From the IMG/VR virus record IMGVR_UViG_3300044568_004364: DNA of 64,000 nucleotides; one strand, given 5' to 3'. Source of the stretch: a virus. A program made the translations under genes and the position numbers. Each line of letters opens with the position of its first letter. Within the stretch, counting starts at the first letter, position 1. Shown here piece by piece: positions 20,696-29,923 of this stretch. The notes under the pieces are model-generated. The model made no database searches. It was given only the letters and a program-made list of their open reading frames with translations, and had not been told where the DNA came from.

Positions 20696-21277
20696 ATGTC
20701 ATCAATAAACGACTTTAAAAACGCAATTGCAATAAACGGTGGGTTTGCGCGCCCAAATCGTTTTGAGGTTTCAATTACTGACATCCCAGGTTTTAATGAA
20801 AATATTGAATCTTTACGTGACCTATCATTTATGTGTGATAGTGTAACAATCCCAGGTAAGCAAATCACTACTCTTGATTACGAAATATCAACACGTCGTG
20901 CACTAAAGATACCAACTGGATTTGTCGACGATGACGTTACTCTAACATTTAACCTGACAAATAATTACATTGCAAAGCGAGCGTTTGACGCATGGACAAA
21001 TTATATTATAGGAGTAAATAGTTACCTAACACGTTATCATGATGAATACACACGCAATATAGTTATTAAACAGCTCGATGACCAGGACAGAGAAACATAT
21101 AGTGTCTTACTGCAACGTGCATACCCATATCAAATACAGAGTGTGGAATTAAGTCATGAAAATGAATCAAGCATTCAAAAAGTGAGTGTGACTCTAACAT
21201 GTGATCGCGTGATACCACGCTTTAAAGATAATATTCCAGATGGTATTGTAATTGTTGGACCTCTTACATCAATCTAA
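20696..21277 (+). CDS. gp54: Baseplate tail-tube initiator gp54-like
   Basis: GGFARPNRFEV, CDSVTIPGKQI, IKQLD, AYP; gene order. Confidence 0.75.
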   Translation: MSSINDFKNAIAINGGFARPNRFEVSITDIPGFNENIESLRDLSFMCDSVTIPGKQITTLDYEISTRRALKIPTGFVDDDVTLTFNLTNNYIAKRAFDAWTNYIIGVNSYLTRYHDEYTRNIVIKQLDDQDRETYSVLLQRAYPYQIQSVELSHENESSIQKVSVTLTCDRVIPRFKDNIPDGIVIVGPLTSI

Positions 21278-21313
21278 TGGGATAAATAACTAAAACTATA
21301 TTATACTAACATT

Positions 21314-22024
21314 ATGGCATTACCAGTACTAACAGCACCAAAATACACGTTGACCGTTCCGTCAACTCAGCAGACAATTGAATATCGTCCATTCCTTGTC
21401 AAGGAAGAAAAGATTCTTTTGCTTGCACAAGAGTCAAACGACCAAAAGGAAATTATGAGCGCAATACGTGATGTTGTTGAGACGTGTACATACGGAACAG
21501 TTAAAGCAAACCTTTTAACATCATTTGACCTTGAATATATTTTCTTAAAGCTGCGCGCAAAGAGCGTAGGTGAAATTGTAAATATTAAATGTAAATGCGC
21601 ATCATGTGAAACATATAATCCAGTAGAAGTTAACCTAGACACGGTTGAAGTCACATGGCCGAGCACAAAGGTGGATAACAAGATTATGTTAACCGATAAG
21701 GTTGGAATTGTCCTACGCCATATATCAGTTGATGACCTAAATAAAATTGGCTTGGGCGAAAACGTACATGTTGAAACAGTTACCAACATGATTATTGCAT
21801 CTATTGAATCAATCTTTGATGATAGCGCTGTATATCCTGCAGCTCAAAGTTCACAAGCTGAATTAAAAGAATTTGTAAATTCACTGAGTCGCTCTCAAGT
21901 ATCTAAGATTGAGGCATATATCGAAAACGCTCCAAAGTTGCAACATGAAATACGCTTTGTATGTGCGCAATGCAAAACAGATAACTCTCAGGTCTTAACT
22001 GGAACACAATCTTTTTTCGCCTAG
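21314..22024 (+). CDS. gp26: Baseplate hub assembly protein gp26
   Basis: MALP..PKY.L.VPST...YRPFLVKEEKILLLA...FDLEYIFLKLRAKSVGE, two CxxC, ends QSFFA. Confidence 0.92.
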   Translation: MALPVLTAPKYTLTVPSTQQTIEYRPFLVKEEKILLLAQESNDQKEIMSAIRDVVETCTYGTVKANLLTSFDLEYIFLKLRAKSVGEIVNIKCKCASCETYNPVEVNLDTVEVTWPSTKVDNKIMLTDKVGIVLRHISVDDLNKIGLGENVHVETVTNMIIASIESIFDDSAVYPAAQSSQAELKEFVNSLSRSQVSKIEAYIENAPKLQHEIRFVCAQCKTDNSQVLTGTQSFFA

Positions 22025-22194
22025 CCCTCTCGCATGATTCTCTGACAAACTATTATCAAACAAACTTTTCACTAATGCAACATCACAAGTATAGTTTGTC
22101 AGAGCTAGAAACCATGTTACCGTGGGAGAGGGAAATTTATATATCGATGTTATTAAATTACATTAAAGAAGAAGAACAACGCAATAAGAAATGA
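22012..22194 (+). CDS. gp51: Baseplate hub assembly protein gp51-like, probably reached by -1 frameshift from gp26
   Basis: The -1 frame reads RLALSHDSLTNYYQTNFSLMQHHKYSLSELETMLPWEREIYISMLLNYIKEEEQRNKK*; no start codon ahead of the conserved YYQTNF part. Confidence 0.8.
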   Translation, partial: FFRLALSHDSLTNYYQTNFSLMQHHKYSLSELETMLPWEREIYISMLLNYIKEEEQRNKK

Positions 22195-23873
22195 ACAACG
22201 GATCACTTGAAACTGTCATAGAAGAATTACGCACCGCAAACACTTCAGCTGATTTGATGCTGGATAATGTTGATACGCTTAACAATCTACGGCTATTGAC
22301 GATTGATATGATTGGGCGGTTTGACATGCTTATAGAGTCAAATGTTAATCTTGGAGAAATCCTACAAGGGAATCGGCTGCAAGAACGAGAAGATCGTGCC
22401 GAATTACTTGCTGCATTACGCGGACGAGGCGGTGGCGAAGAACGAACAGTTCCAGCATCAAGCCCACGAAGTGGCGGTGGTAACCTTGGAATATTTGGCA
22501 CCATAGCAGCAATTGGTGCTGGTATGGTTGGATTTGTAGCTGGCTTCCTAAAAGAATTTAAAGGTATATTAACCAAACCACTAAAACTACTGCGTGAGTC
22601 AAAGACTGGCCAAGCTGTCAAAAATTTATTTACACGCATTGGAAGTTTCTTTGATGATATAATAACACGCTTTAAGAATAACAGTATAGTGCGAAAAATT
22701 ACAGGAGTCTTCGATGCAATTGGCGATCTTGTAACAAAATTTAAAGGCAGTAGTTTATTTAAAGGCTTATCTACATTCCTAGGTAAGATCAAATCTTTCT
22801 TTAACATATTTTCAAATTCTCCAATTGTTAAAGTTGTAGGCGGTGTCTTTGATGTTGCCAAAAAATTATTTGGTGTATTTGGAAATGTATTTAATGGTAT
22901 CAAGTCTGGCTTTAGCACTGGTGCAAAATTAGGAGGTACACTTGGAAAGTTACTTAAAGGAGTTGGTCGATTACTTGTAGGACTAGGTAAAATATTTGGG
23001 TTACCGCTTACAATTATTTTAGGTATCTATGGAGCAATCACTGGATTTATAAGTGGCTTTAAAGAAGGCGGTATCATTGGTGGTATTAAAGGAGCACTGG
23101 TTGGGGTGTTTGATTCAATCATTGGCGGTCTTCTCGATTTAATAAAGGACGGCATATCATGGGTTGCTGGCGCACTTGGTTTTGAAAATGTTGAAAAGGC
23201 GCTTGATAGTTTTTCGTTCACTGGCTTATTTAAACAATTTTTAGATTTTACCTTTGGCATTGCTGAAACTATTGGTGAATTTATTGGATCAGTATTTAGT
23301 AACATTATAGATTTCTTTTCAACGCTACCACTTAAAATTGGACAATTTTTTATTGACGCAATGGATGGCGCAATTGAATTGTTTAGCAGCGTGGGTGATA
23401 CTATATCTGAGTTTCATAAGAAAATATTACGCGCTATACTACCAGATCCAAATGTTAAGCGTGCGTGGTATGATCCGATTGGTATGATCCAAGGTGTGAT
23501 ACCAGATGCGGTATACAAATATGCATTTGGCTCAGCACCAGCAGAAATTTCAGTTGATAAAATGGAAACTGCTAAGGCCTCAGGCGATTTTTCAGCTTTA
23601 AGCAATGATGAAAAGGGAAAAGCCGCAGGATACAATTCTTTCCAAGAATATAAAGATTCTGGTTACCAATTTAAAGAAAACATGCAGAGCATTCCAAGTA
23701 CAACTGGAGCAGCGCTAAAAGCTGCCGGTGCAAGTGTATCAGGCAATTCTACAGTGGTTGTGAATAATAATAACGGTGGAAATGTTAGTAACGTGCGCAG
23801 CAGTAATGTAAATAATAATGCGCCTGCAATGAGTCCAATTATGAGCGCGAGTGGTATGGCATTTAGTTACTAA
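22191..23873 (+). CDS. Tape-measure-like protein (gp29-like)
   Basis: Gly/Phe/Lys-rich amphipathic helices, Asn-rich C-terminus, directly after gp26/gp51 with an ATGA overlap. Confidence 0.65.
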   Translation: MNNGSLETVIEELRTANTSADLMLDNVDTLNNLRLLTIDMIGRFDMLIESNVNLGEILQGNRLQEREDRAELLAALRGRGGGEERTVPASSPRSGGGNLGIFGTIAAIGAGMVGFVAGFLKEFKGILTKPLKLLRESKTGQAVKNLFTRIGSFFDDIITRFKNNSIVRKITGVFDAIGDLVTKFKGSSLFKGLSTFLGKIKSFFNIFSNSPIVKVVGGVFDVAKKLFGVFGNVFNGIKSGFSTGAKLGGTLGKLLKGVGRLLVGLGKIFGLPLTIILGIYGAITGFISGFKEGGIIGGIKGALVGVFDSIIGGLLDLIKDGISWVAGALGFENVEKALDSFSFTGLFKQFLDFTFGIAETIGEFIGSVFSNIIDFFSTLPLKIGQFFIDAMDGAIELFSSVGDTISEFHKKILRAILPDPNVKRAWYDPIGMIQGVIPDAVYKYAFGSAPAEISVDKMETAKASGDFSALSNDEKGKAAGYNSFQEYKDSGYQFKENMQSIPSTTGAALKAAGASVSGNSTVVVNNNNGGNVSNVRSSNVNNNAPAMSPIMSASGMAFSY

Positions 23874-24138
23874 CTGCACCATAGATTATATCAGCAAATT
23901 GGTCAACGCTCTTTACTCCAAAGAAGCTGTGTAAGATGTTGCCGCGTATGCCATAACAAAGCGTATGTGGTATACCCTCTATCTTATGTTGAAATGCTAA
24001 CGGTAAATTCTCTTCACGATCAACGTCAATGACTTCAAGTTGTGCTGGTGTGCGCATACAATACTCTTCTAGTGTATCAAGATGCCGCCTACAGTCAATG
24101 CAATTTAAATATGTAAATACTCGTATTAAGAATATCAT
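23863..24138 (-). CDS. Thioredoxin/glutaredoxin-like protein
   Basis: CIDC motif, IDVD, IEGIPH cis-Pro motif. Confidence 0.75.
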   Translation of the reverse strand: MIFLIRVFTYLNCIDCRRHLDTLEEYCMRTPAQLEVIDVDREENLPLAFQHKIEGIPHTLCYGIRGNILHSFFGVKSVDQFADIIYGAVSN

Positions 24139-24150
24139 AAAATATATATC

Positions 24151-24185
24151 AAAAAAAGGGAGATGGCATATAAACCATCTCCCTT
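24151..24185 (-). terminator. Intrinsic terminator downstream of gp32
   Basis: Inverted repeat aagggagatgg/ccatctccctt followed by T7 on the minus strand. Confidence 0.8.
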
Positions 24186-24207
24186 GTGCGTTATAGTTTT
24201 AAGGTGT

Positions 24208-25122
24208 TTAGCCTTGTGCTAGTTTTGCAAAGTAACTCAACGAGTCATCATTGTCATCGTCATCACTGGTGCTTAGAGCCGGAGCGGGCGCTTCAGTATA
24301 AGCGGGTGTTGCTTCAGCGGTCTTACCAACTGATGCTGCACGCTCATTGATGCTGTGTTCCTCAGTAAGCGAACCACCAATTGCATCAGCACCAAGTACC
24401 TCAACGAGCTTGCGTTTAAGGTCACCATAGCTCTTGTAATTTGCAGGATCAATAAAATCCTTGAGCGAAAACAGTTGATTATATACACGTTCTAATTTAG
24501 CTTCATCTCCGCCAAAGAGTTCAGATGTATTTTCAAATTCGCTCTTATCATAATTACGATATCCTTCAAAGTTGCGAATCTTCAACTTAAAGTTTGCGCC
24601 GCCCCAGAAGTCAAACGGATTCACTGGTGTTTCATCCTGAAATTGTGGCTGCATAATATCCATAATCTTATCAAAGATTTTCTTACCAAATTTGTATAAG
24701 AATACCTTACCTTCATTATCTGGATTTGCAGGATCAGAGACTACAAGAATGTTGCTTACATAGTGCAGGCGACGTTTACGCTCACGCGCAATTTCTTTAT
24801 CCTTTTCATTTCCGCTGTTCCAGAGAATGCTATTAATTTCAGCAACAGGGTCTGGTTGACCGATACTCGTAAGCGAGTTTTCAATATACCAACGGCCTGT
24901 TGGACCTTTGAAACCGTGGTCCCAAAAGCGAACCCATGGGAGATCCTCGCCTTCTTTAGCAGAAAGGAAACGAATAATTGCGTAACCATTACCTGCTTTA
25001 TCAACAGCGGGTGCCCAAAGGCGATCATCACCATAAGTTTTTGGTGATCCGATTTTTTCTGCAGCTTCAACGAGTTTATTAATTGAGGCTGTACGATTTT
25101 GTTTTAGTTTATCAAACGACAT
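24208..25122 (-). CDS. gp32: Single-stranded DNA-binding protein gp32
   Basis: DKAGNGYAIIRFL, WYIENSLTSIGQ.DPV, GKVFLYKFGKKIFDKI, NYDKSEF, acidic tail LSYFAKLA. Confidence 0.97.
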   Translation of the reverse strand: MSFDKLKQNRTASINKLVEAAEKIGSPKTYGDDRLWAPAVDKAGNGYAIIRFLSAKEGEDLPWVRFWDHGFKGPTGRWYIENSLTSIGQPDPVAEINSILWNSGNEKDKEIARERKRRLHYVSNILVVSDPANPDNEGKVFLYKFGKKIFDKIMDIMQPQFQDETPVNPFDFWGGANFKLKIRNFEGYRNYDKSEFENTSELFGGDEAKLERVYNQLFSLKDFIDPANYKSYGDLKRKLVEVLGADAIGGSLTEEHSINERAASVGKTAEATPAYTEAPAPALSTSDDDDNDDSLSYFAKLAQG

Positions 25123-25180
25123 ATGTTTAGTATTACAGTGTATTGTTTTTGTTTTGCGTTGTATTATATCAACAAGATTT

Positions 25181-25209
25181 ATTATATCATAAAGAGTATG
25201 CTATGTAAA
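25181..25209 (-). promoter_or_regulatory. Sigma70-type early promoter for gp32
   Basis: TTTACA-N17-TATAAT. Confidence 0.75.
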
Positions 25210-25264
25210 TAGTATTCTTTAAAAATTTAATATTAGTTGCTGATAGAAATTATTTATATACTCA

Positions 25265-25870
25265 TTAAGATGTGTATATTTTAATGACAGCGTCTCGTGC
25301 GCTTTGGATGTTTATTTTAGGTGCAACGAAAGGGCGGTATCGTTTTACTTTATGAAGGAATTCACTTAAGATACCCAATGGATCAGAAGATGTCTTACCT
25401 AGACGTGAGCTGTAATCACAGAGCAAGTCTAATATTGTTACGCTCTCAAAGGATAGTGTACCATTGGCATAGCGTGTATATATTTGCGGAAACCCGTCGC
25501 CGCTCTCAAATAGAGAGTCAAACGGAGTTGTCGCGCAAGCACCCAATTCATTCTTAAAGTTATATTGCAATGCTTGTAGTTTACTCTGCCATAGCAAATA
25601 TACTTCAGGCGACATATCTCCAATCCAACCCTTACCAGCCAATATATTTGCAGTAAAGAAGCCGATGCAATCACCTCGCTTTGAATAATTGCGTGCAATC
25701 TTTTCATAAAAGAAACGATCTTTACGCGCGAGGAATGAAGATTGCTTTAAGCGTGGTCCTTTAAAGTTAAACTTAAAGGCATCATAACTGCCAGCGGAAA
25801 AATGTAGGCGGCATGCTGTACCTATACTCCATGCATCAAATGGTGATACTTTATTGTCTGCGGCAATCAT
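25265..25870 (-). CDS. gp59: Helicase loader gp59
   Basis: LHF...YDAFKFN, F..RKDRFFYEKIA; lies between gp33 and gp32. Confidence 0.85.
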   Translation of the reverse strand: MIAADNKVSPFDAWSIGTACRLHFSAGSYDAFKFNFKGPRLKQSSFLARKDRFFYEKIARNYSKRGDCIGFFTANILAGKGWIGDMSPEVYLLWQSKLQALQYNFKNELGACATTPFDSLFESGDGFPQIYTRYANGTLSFESVTILDLLCDYSSRLGKTSSDPLGILSEFLHKVKRYRPFVAPKINIQSARDAVIKIYTS

Positions 25871-26109
25871 TAAAATAAGGAAGCTGACGATTTTGGTAAT
25901 AGGTTAACGCGTTGTGATTCAGCTTCCAACTTTTCTTTTAGACTTCCAGTTACGAGTTTTGCAACCTCATCAACTTCAATTCCTTTACCGTCACAATAGT
26001 GTACAATAGCTTCTAGATAACCCATATCATAACGGTTAACACGGCTTTCAACCTCAAGCGCAAATTCTTGTTTGGTGAGGATCTTAATTGGTATTTCTTT
26101 TTCTGACAT
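25870..26109 (-). CDS. gp33: Late transcription coactivator gp33
   Basis: FALEVE...YLEAIVHYC...VAKLV...LKEKLEAE...NLLP. Confidence 0.9.
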   Translation of the reverse strand: MSEKEIPIKILTKQEFALEVESRVNRYDMGYLEAIVHYCDGKGIEVDEVAKLVTGSLKEKLEAESQRVNLLPKSSASLF

Positions 26110-26110
26110 A

Positions 26111-27328
26111 TTAGATTTTTGTTTCAATTACTTTAAGGATGACTGTTTGTTCGTTCACGCGTCCATTAACTTTCTTACGTGTAGATTTGATGGTCTGCAA
26201 GACCTTTTCAATTGCGGCGGTCTTTGCAGTTAATAGTTGTGTAAGCGTCTCTTTTGGTTTACGTAAGGTGCAAGCATAGCTGCGTGTCACGTCATAATCT
26301 TTAAGAGATGTACCTTTAACCTCAAATCCCTTGGTACTGTTGGCAAAGTATACGCCTAAGTTACGTGTCTTTGTATTAAATAATAGGACGCATTGTGCAG
26401 TTGGAACGCGTGTTGGCGATACACTATCGAGATTCCAATCTGAAGAATTCATCTGATATTTAAGACGCGATACTTGTTTTGTTGCATCCTTAACTTTTTT
26501 GGTACGCGGCTTGCGGCTTGCATTGCGCATCTTACCATGAGCTGCAATATCAGCTGCCATGACCTCAAGATTCTTTACAATCTTTTTAAGTTCTGGGCGT
26601 GAATAGCATGAATACCCTTGTACCAATTGCGGATCTTCACGATTTAATGCACCTGCAAATTCTGAGTGTTGACGCTCGCACCAATCAAGAATAGGTTTAC
26701 AACCTTGCGCGGGAATCTTGAGATCACGCAGTAGCGATGCCATGTTAATTGTAACTGCTCCTGTCTTGGTATTACCCCAGCTCTCCAAACACTCCTCAAG
26801 TTGTGGTAAGACTTCTTTTTGTACACGCTCACGAATACGATCCAATGGGCAAATCTTTGCTTTAAGTGGCGTGACTGTTGCAGTTGCTGCTTCATATTTG
26901 CTGTCAGTAATATTTTGTAATGCATTGCGTATCTCTAGATGGACTAGTGTAGCATCATCTTTTGCAACTGGTGGAGTCTCATGAAATGGTAGTTCATTAA
27001 AATAATCTTGTGCGCTTGGATGTAAACTTGGCATGCCACGATCCATGCAACGGATTAACTTGCCTACAGTTGTAGGGAGTGCATGTGGTGGTGCATCTTT
27101 AATTGCAGCCGTTTGGTCTTTTGTATAACCATGACGTTTCATCCAATCCAATACACCTGGGCGCAAGTCGCTTGCATCTAAATAATAATTATAGAAATTT
27201 AATGCGCGTGAACGCATCTTGAAGAAACGCTCAACGTCCCATGTTTCCCAGCCGTGCCATTCAATTTCTTCGCCTGTCCATTTTGAATCTGGCGTAATTA
27301 CTCGCCCTGCTTTAAATACATTGTTCAT
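26111..27328 (-). CDS. Conserved hypothetical T4-like phage protein
   Basis: 405-aa ORF; FNTKTR, VKGTSL, TLRKP and NGRVN motifs usually found upstream of gp33. Confidence 0.75.
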   Translation of the reverse strand: MNNVFKAGRVITPDSKWTGEEIEWHGWETWDVERFFKMRSRALNFYNYYLDASDLRPGVLDWMKRHGYTKDQTAAIKDAPPHALPTTVGKLIRCMDRGMPSLHPSAQDYFNELPFHETPPVAKDDATLVHLEIRNALQNITDSKYEAATATVTPLKAKICPLDRIRERVQKEVLPQLEECLESWGNTKTGAVTINMASLLRDLKIPAQGCKPILDWCERQHSEFAGALNREDPQLVQGYSCYSRPELKKIVKNLEVMAADIAAHGKMRNASRKPRTKKVKDATKQVSRLKYQMNSSDWNLDSVSPTRVPTAQCVLLFNTKTRNLGVYFANSTKGFEVKGTSLKDYDVTRSYACTLRKPKETLTQLLTAKTAAIEKVLQTIKSTRKKVNGRVNEQTVILKVIETKI

Positions 27329-27582
27329 ACGCTTAATAATTTGGTTACACTAGATACTTTAAAACTGCGCCAATCTTCATTCACGAGGTCATAAGCACGG
27401 ACAATATCAGGATTTTCAATTCGAGGTTTTATTGCTGCTGTTGCCGAAGGAATATACTCTGGCATAAGTTCCTTATACAGCGTACATTTAAGTTCACGGC
27501 TTTCGCCATTAGTTTTTGTAAACCATACGGTGGCTGCTCCAGCTCTTAAGACCTCGAGTATATTTTCTCTAGTGTGATTCAT
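27325..27582 (-). CDS. Small SH3-like beta-barrel protein (WYL-like/DUF2693-type)
   Basis: V.FTK.NGE.R.LKCTL ... AYDL...WRSFK. Confidence 0.75.
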   Translation of the reverse strand: MNHTRENILEVLRAGAATVWFTKTNGESRELKCTLYKELMPEYIPSATAAIKPRIENPDIVRAYDLVNEDWRSFKVSSVTKLLSV

Positions 27583-27606
27583 AATATATATTTTCTTTAC
27601 GTTCTA

Positions 27607-27635
27607 ATTTTATCAGGAAACTCTTACATTGTAAA
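27607..27635 (-). promoter_or_regulatory. Sigma70-type early promoter
   Basis: TTTACA-N17-TAAAAT. Confidence 0.65.
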
Positions 27636-27643
27636 TAATAAAG

Positions 27644-28246
27644 TTACAATTGTGGGATATCAGCTCTTAAGTATTTAAAGAGAGCTAGTGTTTGCGCAAT
27701 ATCATAACTTGCATCATGCGCACGTGAATCATCCCATCCTAGTTCAGCGCACTTGCATAGCGTCTCTAGTCTAAAGTTAGGCAGCGCACCACGTACACGC
27801 ATTGTCATCCAAGCTGCAGCCTGCATTACGCAAATAGGTGGATTCCAAAACCAACTCCCAAAGAAAGAGTCGCCATTCTTTTTGAAAAACTCACGCATAA
27901 AGTCTGCATCAAATTTAGCATTATATGCAACAAAATGCAACTTGTCGGCCTTATTATATTTGTCACAATGACGCGATAAGAATCCAACAAATTGACGATA
28001 TGCATCAGGCGCTTTAAGCTGTAGATTATCGAGTGTGTCCGCGGTCATGCCTGTCTTTTGCAATGCTTCGGGCGCAACATGCTCCATCGAGAGCGGTGTG
28101 AACCTCAAGTCAATACGATCAATTTCTTCATATTTCTCATCGGTTACAATTGCACAAATTTGAAAAATGTTATTATTTTCAAAGTCTGTACCTGTAGTTT
28201 CAACGTCTAGGAAGACGCTCTTATAGCCATTATATAGTGTACTCAT
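27644..28246 (-). CDS. DEDDh 3'-5' exonuclease (DnaQ-like)
   Basis: FLDVETTG, YNAKFD, AHDASYD. Confidence 0.9.
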   Translation of the reverse strand: MSTLYNGYKSVFLDVETTGTDFENNNIFQICAIVTDEKYEEIDRIDLRFTPLSMEHVAPEALQKTGMTADTLDNLQLKAPDAYRQFVGFLSRHCDKYNKADKLHFVAYNAKFDADFMREFFKKNGDSFFGSWFWNPPICVMQAAAWMTMRVRGALPNFRLETLCKCAELGWDDSRAHDASYDIAQTLALFKYLRADIPQL

Positions 28247-28251
28247 AAAAT

Positions 28252-28473
28252 TTAATAATGTAAAATGTAAGGCATACCATCTCCGCCAGTGACAAGACGA
28301 CCATTATACGGAAGTGCAGGACGCGGATCAAATCCATGACCGTATGGTGTCACTTGTGCAGAAGGCATCCGATGTGGATATGTTGCAGCGCTATAGCTTT
28401 GACGATAGGGAACGGCGGACGGCTCACATGAAGATAGCGCTGCCACAAGTAATATGTATAGGTATCGTTTCAT
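28252..28473 (-). CDS. Putative lipoprotein
   Basis: MKRYLYILLVAALSSC lipobox-like signal; ATGA-coupled to the upstream micro-ORF. Confidence 0.6.
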   Translation of the reverse strand: MKRYLYILLVAALSSCEPSAVPYRQSYSAATYPHRMPSAQVTPYGHGFDPRPALPYNGRLVTGGDGMPYILHY

Positions 28474-28559
28474 TCCAATGTCCAATCGTAATCGGTTAAA
28501 TCAAATATCCAATCGTAATCGGTTAAATCAAATATCTCATCTTGTACCTTTTCTTCCAT
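28470..28559 (-). CDS. 29-aa acidic micro-ORF with an internal 9-aa duplication
   Basis: MEEKVQDEIFDLTDYDWIFDLTDYDWTLE*; 6 nt after a TATAAT, and its stop overlaps the next ATG. Confidence 0.5.
   Translation of the reverse strand: MEEKVQDEIFDLTDYDWIFDLTDYDWTLE
28481..28536. repeat. Perfect 27-bp tandem duplication
   Basis: tccaatcgtaatcggttaaatcaaata x2. Confidence 0.95.
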
Positions 28560-28565
28560 AGATTT

Positions 28566-28594
28566 ATTATATCAAAACTATGAATACTTGTAAA
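28566..28594 (-). promoter_or_regulatory. Sigma70-type early promoter
   Basis: TTTACA-N17-TATAAT. Confidence 0.7.
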
Positions 28595-28775
28595 GGATAA
28601 AATGATATATATGATAATTTTTTCTATCCTTTATCATCCTTGATGACCGGCAAGCCTGCTTTCAGCACATACTTTGATGCCTTCTTGGAATAGAAGATAC
28701 CTTATTGGTTATTCTATAAACTATAGATTTATCTATACAAAAACTCCGTGAAAATTCACAGTGATGTGAAAATAA

Positions 28776-29528
28776 TTAATTTTTTTTCACTATATCAGAT
28801 TGCAGTTCGGCTGCACTTGCGACGGTGGTTGCATTGCTCTTATCATAGCGTGCACTCTCAATCCATACATTTGCAAAGAAGGTCATACCGTTTTTAACTT
28901 TAAGTGCCTTTGCTGCTTCTGCTGCAGTATATCCTTTATGTTGAGTTGCATATTCTACAACAGAGACTTCATCTGTTTGTGGCGGAGTCTGAGCTTTAGA
29001 GTTGCTCGAACCTTGAGCTAATGCGATAAAATGTTCTTTAGTGACCTTGCGCCCAGGGCATGTTTTTGATGTCTTAGGATCATCACGATGAAACTTTAGA
29101 GTATCTTCATTTAATGGTATATCCAACCATTCAAAAAGAGCTTTAGTTGCCGCTGCAGCAGTGCGTAGTGCGGCTGCGCCACGTCCATTTAGTGGATCTT
29201 CACAATCATAATCGCCAAGGATTTCAATGCCGATTGAAGTGCGGTTAAATGAAACAGCATGTATGCCTGTCATACACAGCGGAGTCATACCAAAGATTTG
29301 ATCATCATCAATGAAAAGATGTGGACCTTTACTCCAACCTAGAGATTGGTAAAAACCTTTGATGTTATGAATATGCTGTACTGTAAATCCGTTTGGACGC
29401 TGTGCTAATGACGGCGCTCCAGTGTGATGGATTGTTACACTCTTAGCAAAGGTTGGCTGTTTTAAGCCGCTAAGATATTCCTTAAATGAATCTACACTCC
29501 AAACTTTACCTACATTCTCGTATGACAT
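28776..29528 (-). CDS. N-acetylmuramoyl-L-alanine amidase (probable endolysin)
   Basis: VTIHHT, GPHLFID, GIHA..FN..SIGIEILGDYD, FHRD...KTCPG; late promoter TATAAATA upstream. Confidence 0.88.
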   Translation of the reverse strand: MSYENVGKVWSVDSFKEYLSGLKQPTFAKSVTIHHTGAPSLAQRPNGFTVQHIHNIKGFYQSLGWSKGPHLFIDDDQIFGMTPLCMTGIHAVSFNRTSIGIEILGDYDCEDPLNGRGAAALRTAAAATKALFEWLDIPLNEDTLKFHRDDPKTSKTCPGRKVTKEHFIALAQGSSNSKAQTPPQTDEVSVVEYATQHKGYTAAEAAKALKVKNGMTFFANVWIESARYDKSNATTVASAAELQSDIVKKN

Positions 29529-29572
29529 AACAGTATTTTTCTACTGTTATTTATACGAGAAACTCTCTGCGG

Positions 29573-29773
29573 TTAAGCAGAGAGTGGATTGAATGTTGAA
29601 GACTTTAGAGCACGCTGATATTCTTCAGCTACTGCATCTTCATATTGATTTTTACTTTCGTCATATTTCGCAGATTCTACGGACTTACAAAGGCTGCGAT
29701 CTGCTGCATGACGTTGTGCAAGAGTAATAATAAGGGCTTTACGATCGGCAAGTTGTTTTTCTAATGTGGTCAT
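29573..29773 (-). CDS. Hypothetical early protein
   Basis: ORF downstream of a consensus promoter; start MTTLEKQ. Confidence 0.6.
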   Translation of the reverse strand: MTTLEKQLADRKALIITLAQRHAADRSLCKSVESAKYDESKNQYEDAVAEEYQRALKSSTFNPLSA

Positions 29774-29797
29774 ATATTTTGTTTTGGTTACAAGATT

Positions 29798-29826
29798 ATT
29801 ATACACTATTTGTAGCCAAATGTAAA
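29798..29826 (-). promoter_or_regulatory. Sigma70-type early promoter with AT-rich upstream tract
   Basis: TTTACA-N17-(TG)TATAAT. Confidence 0.8.
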
Positions 29827-29923
29827 TAAAAAAATGATGAAACTGTGAAAAAAATGAAAAACCTATAGATACGTATAGGTTTTATTTTTCTCCAAAAATC
29901 ATATTTTTTACGAAAAACCGCAT

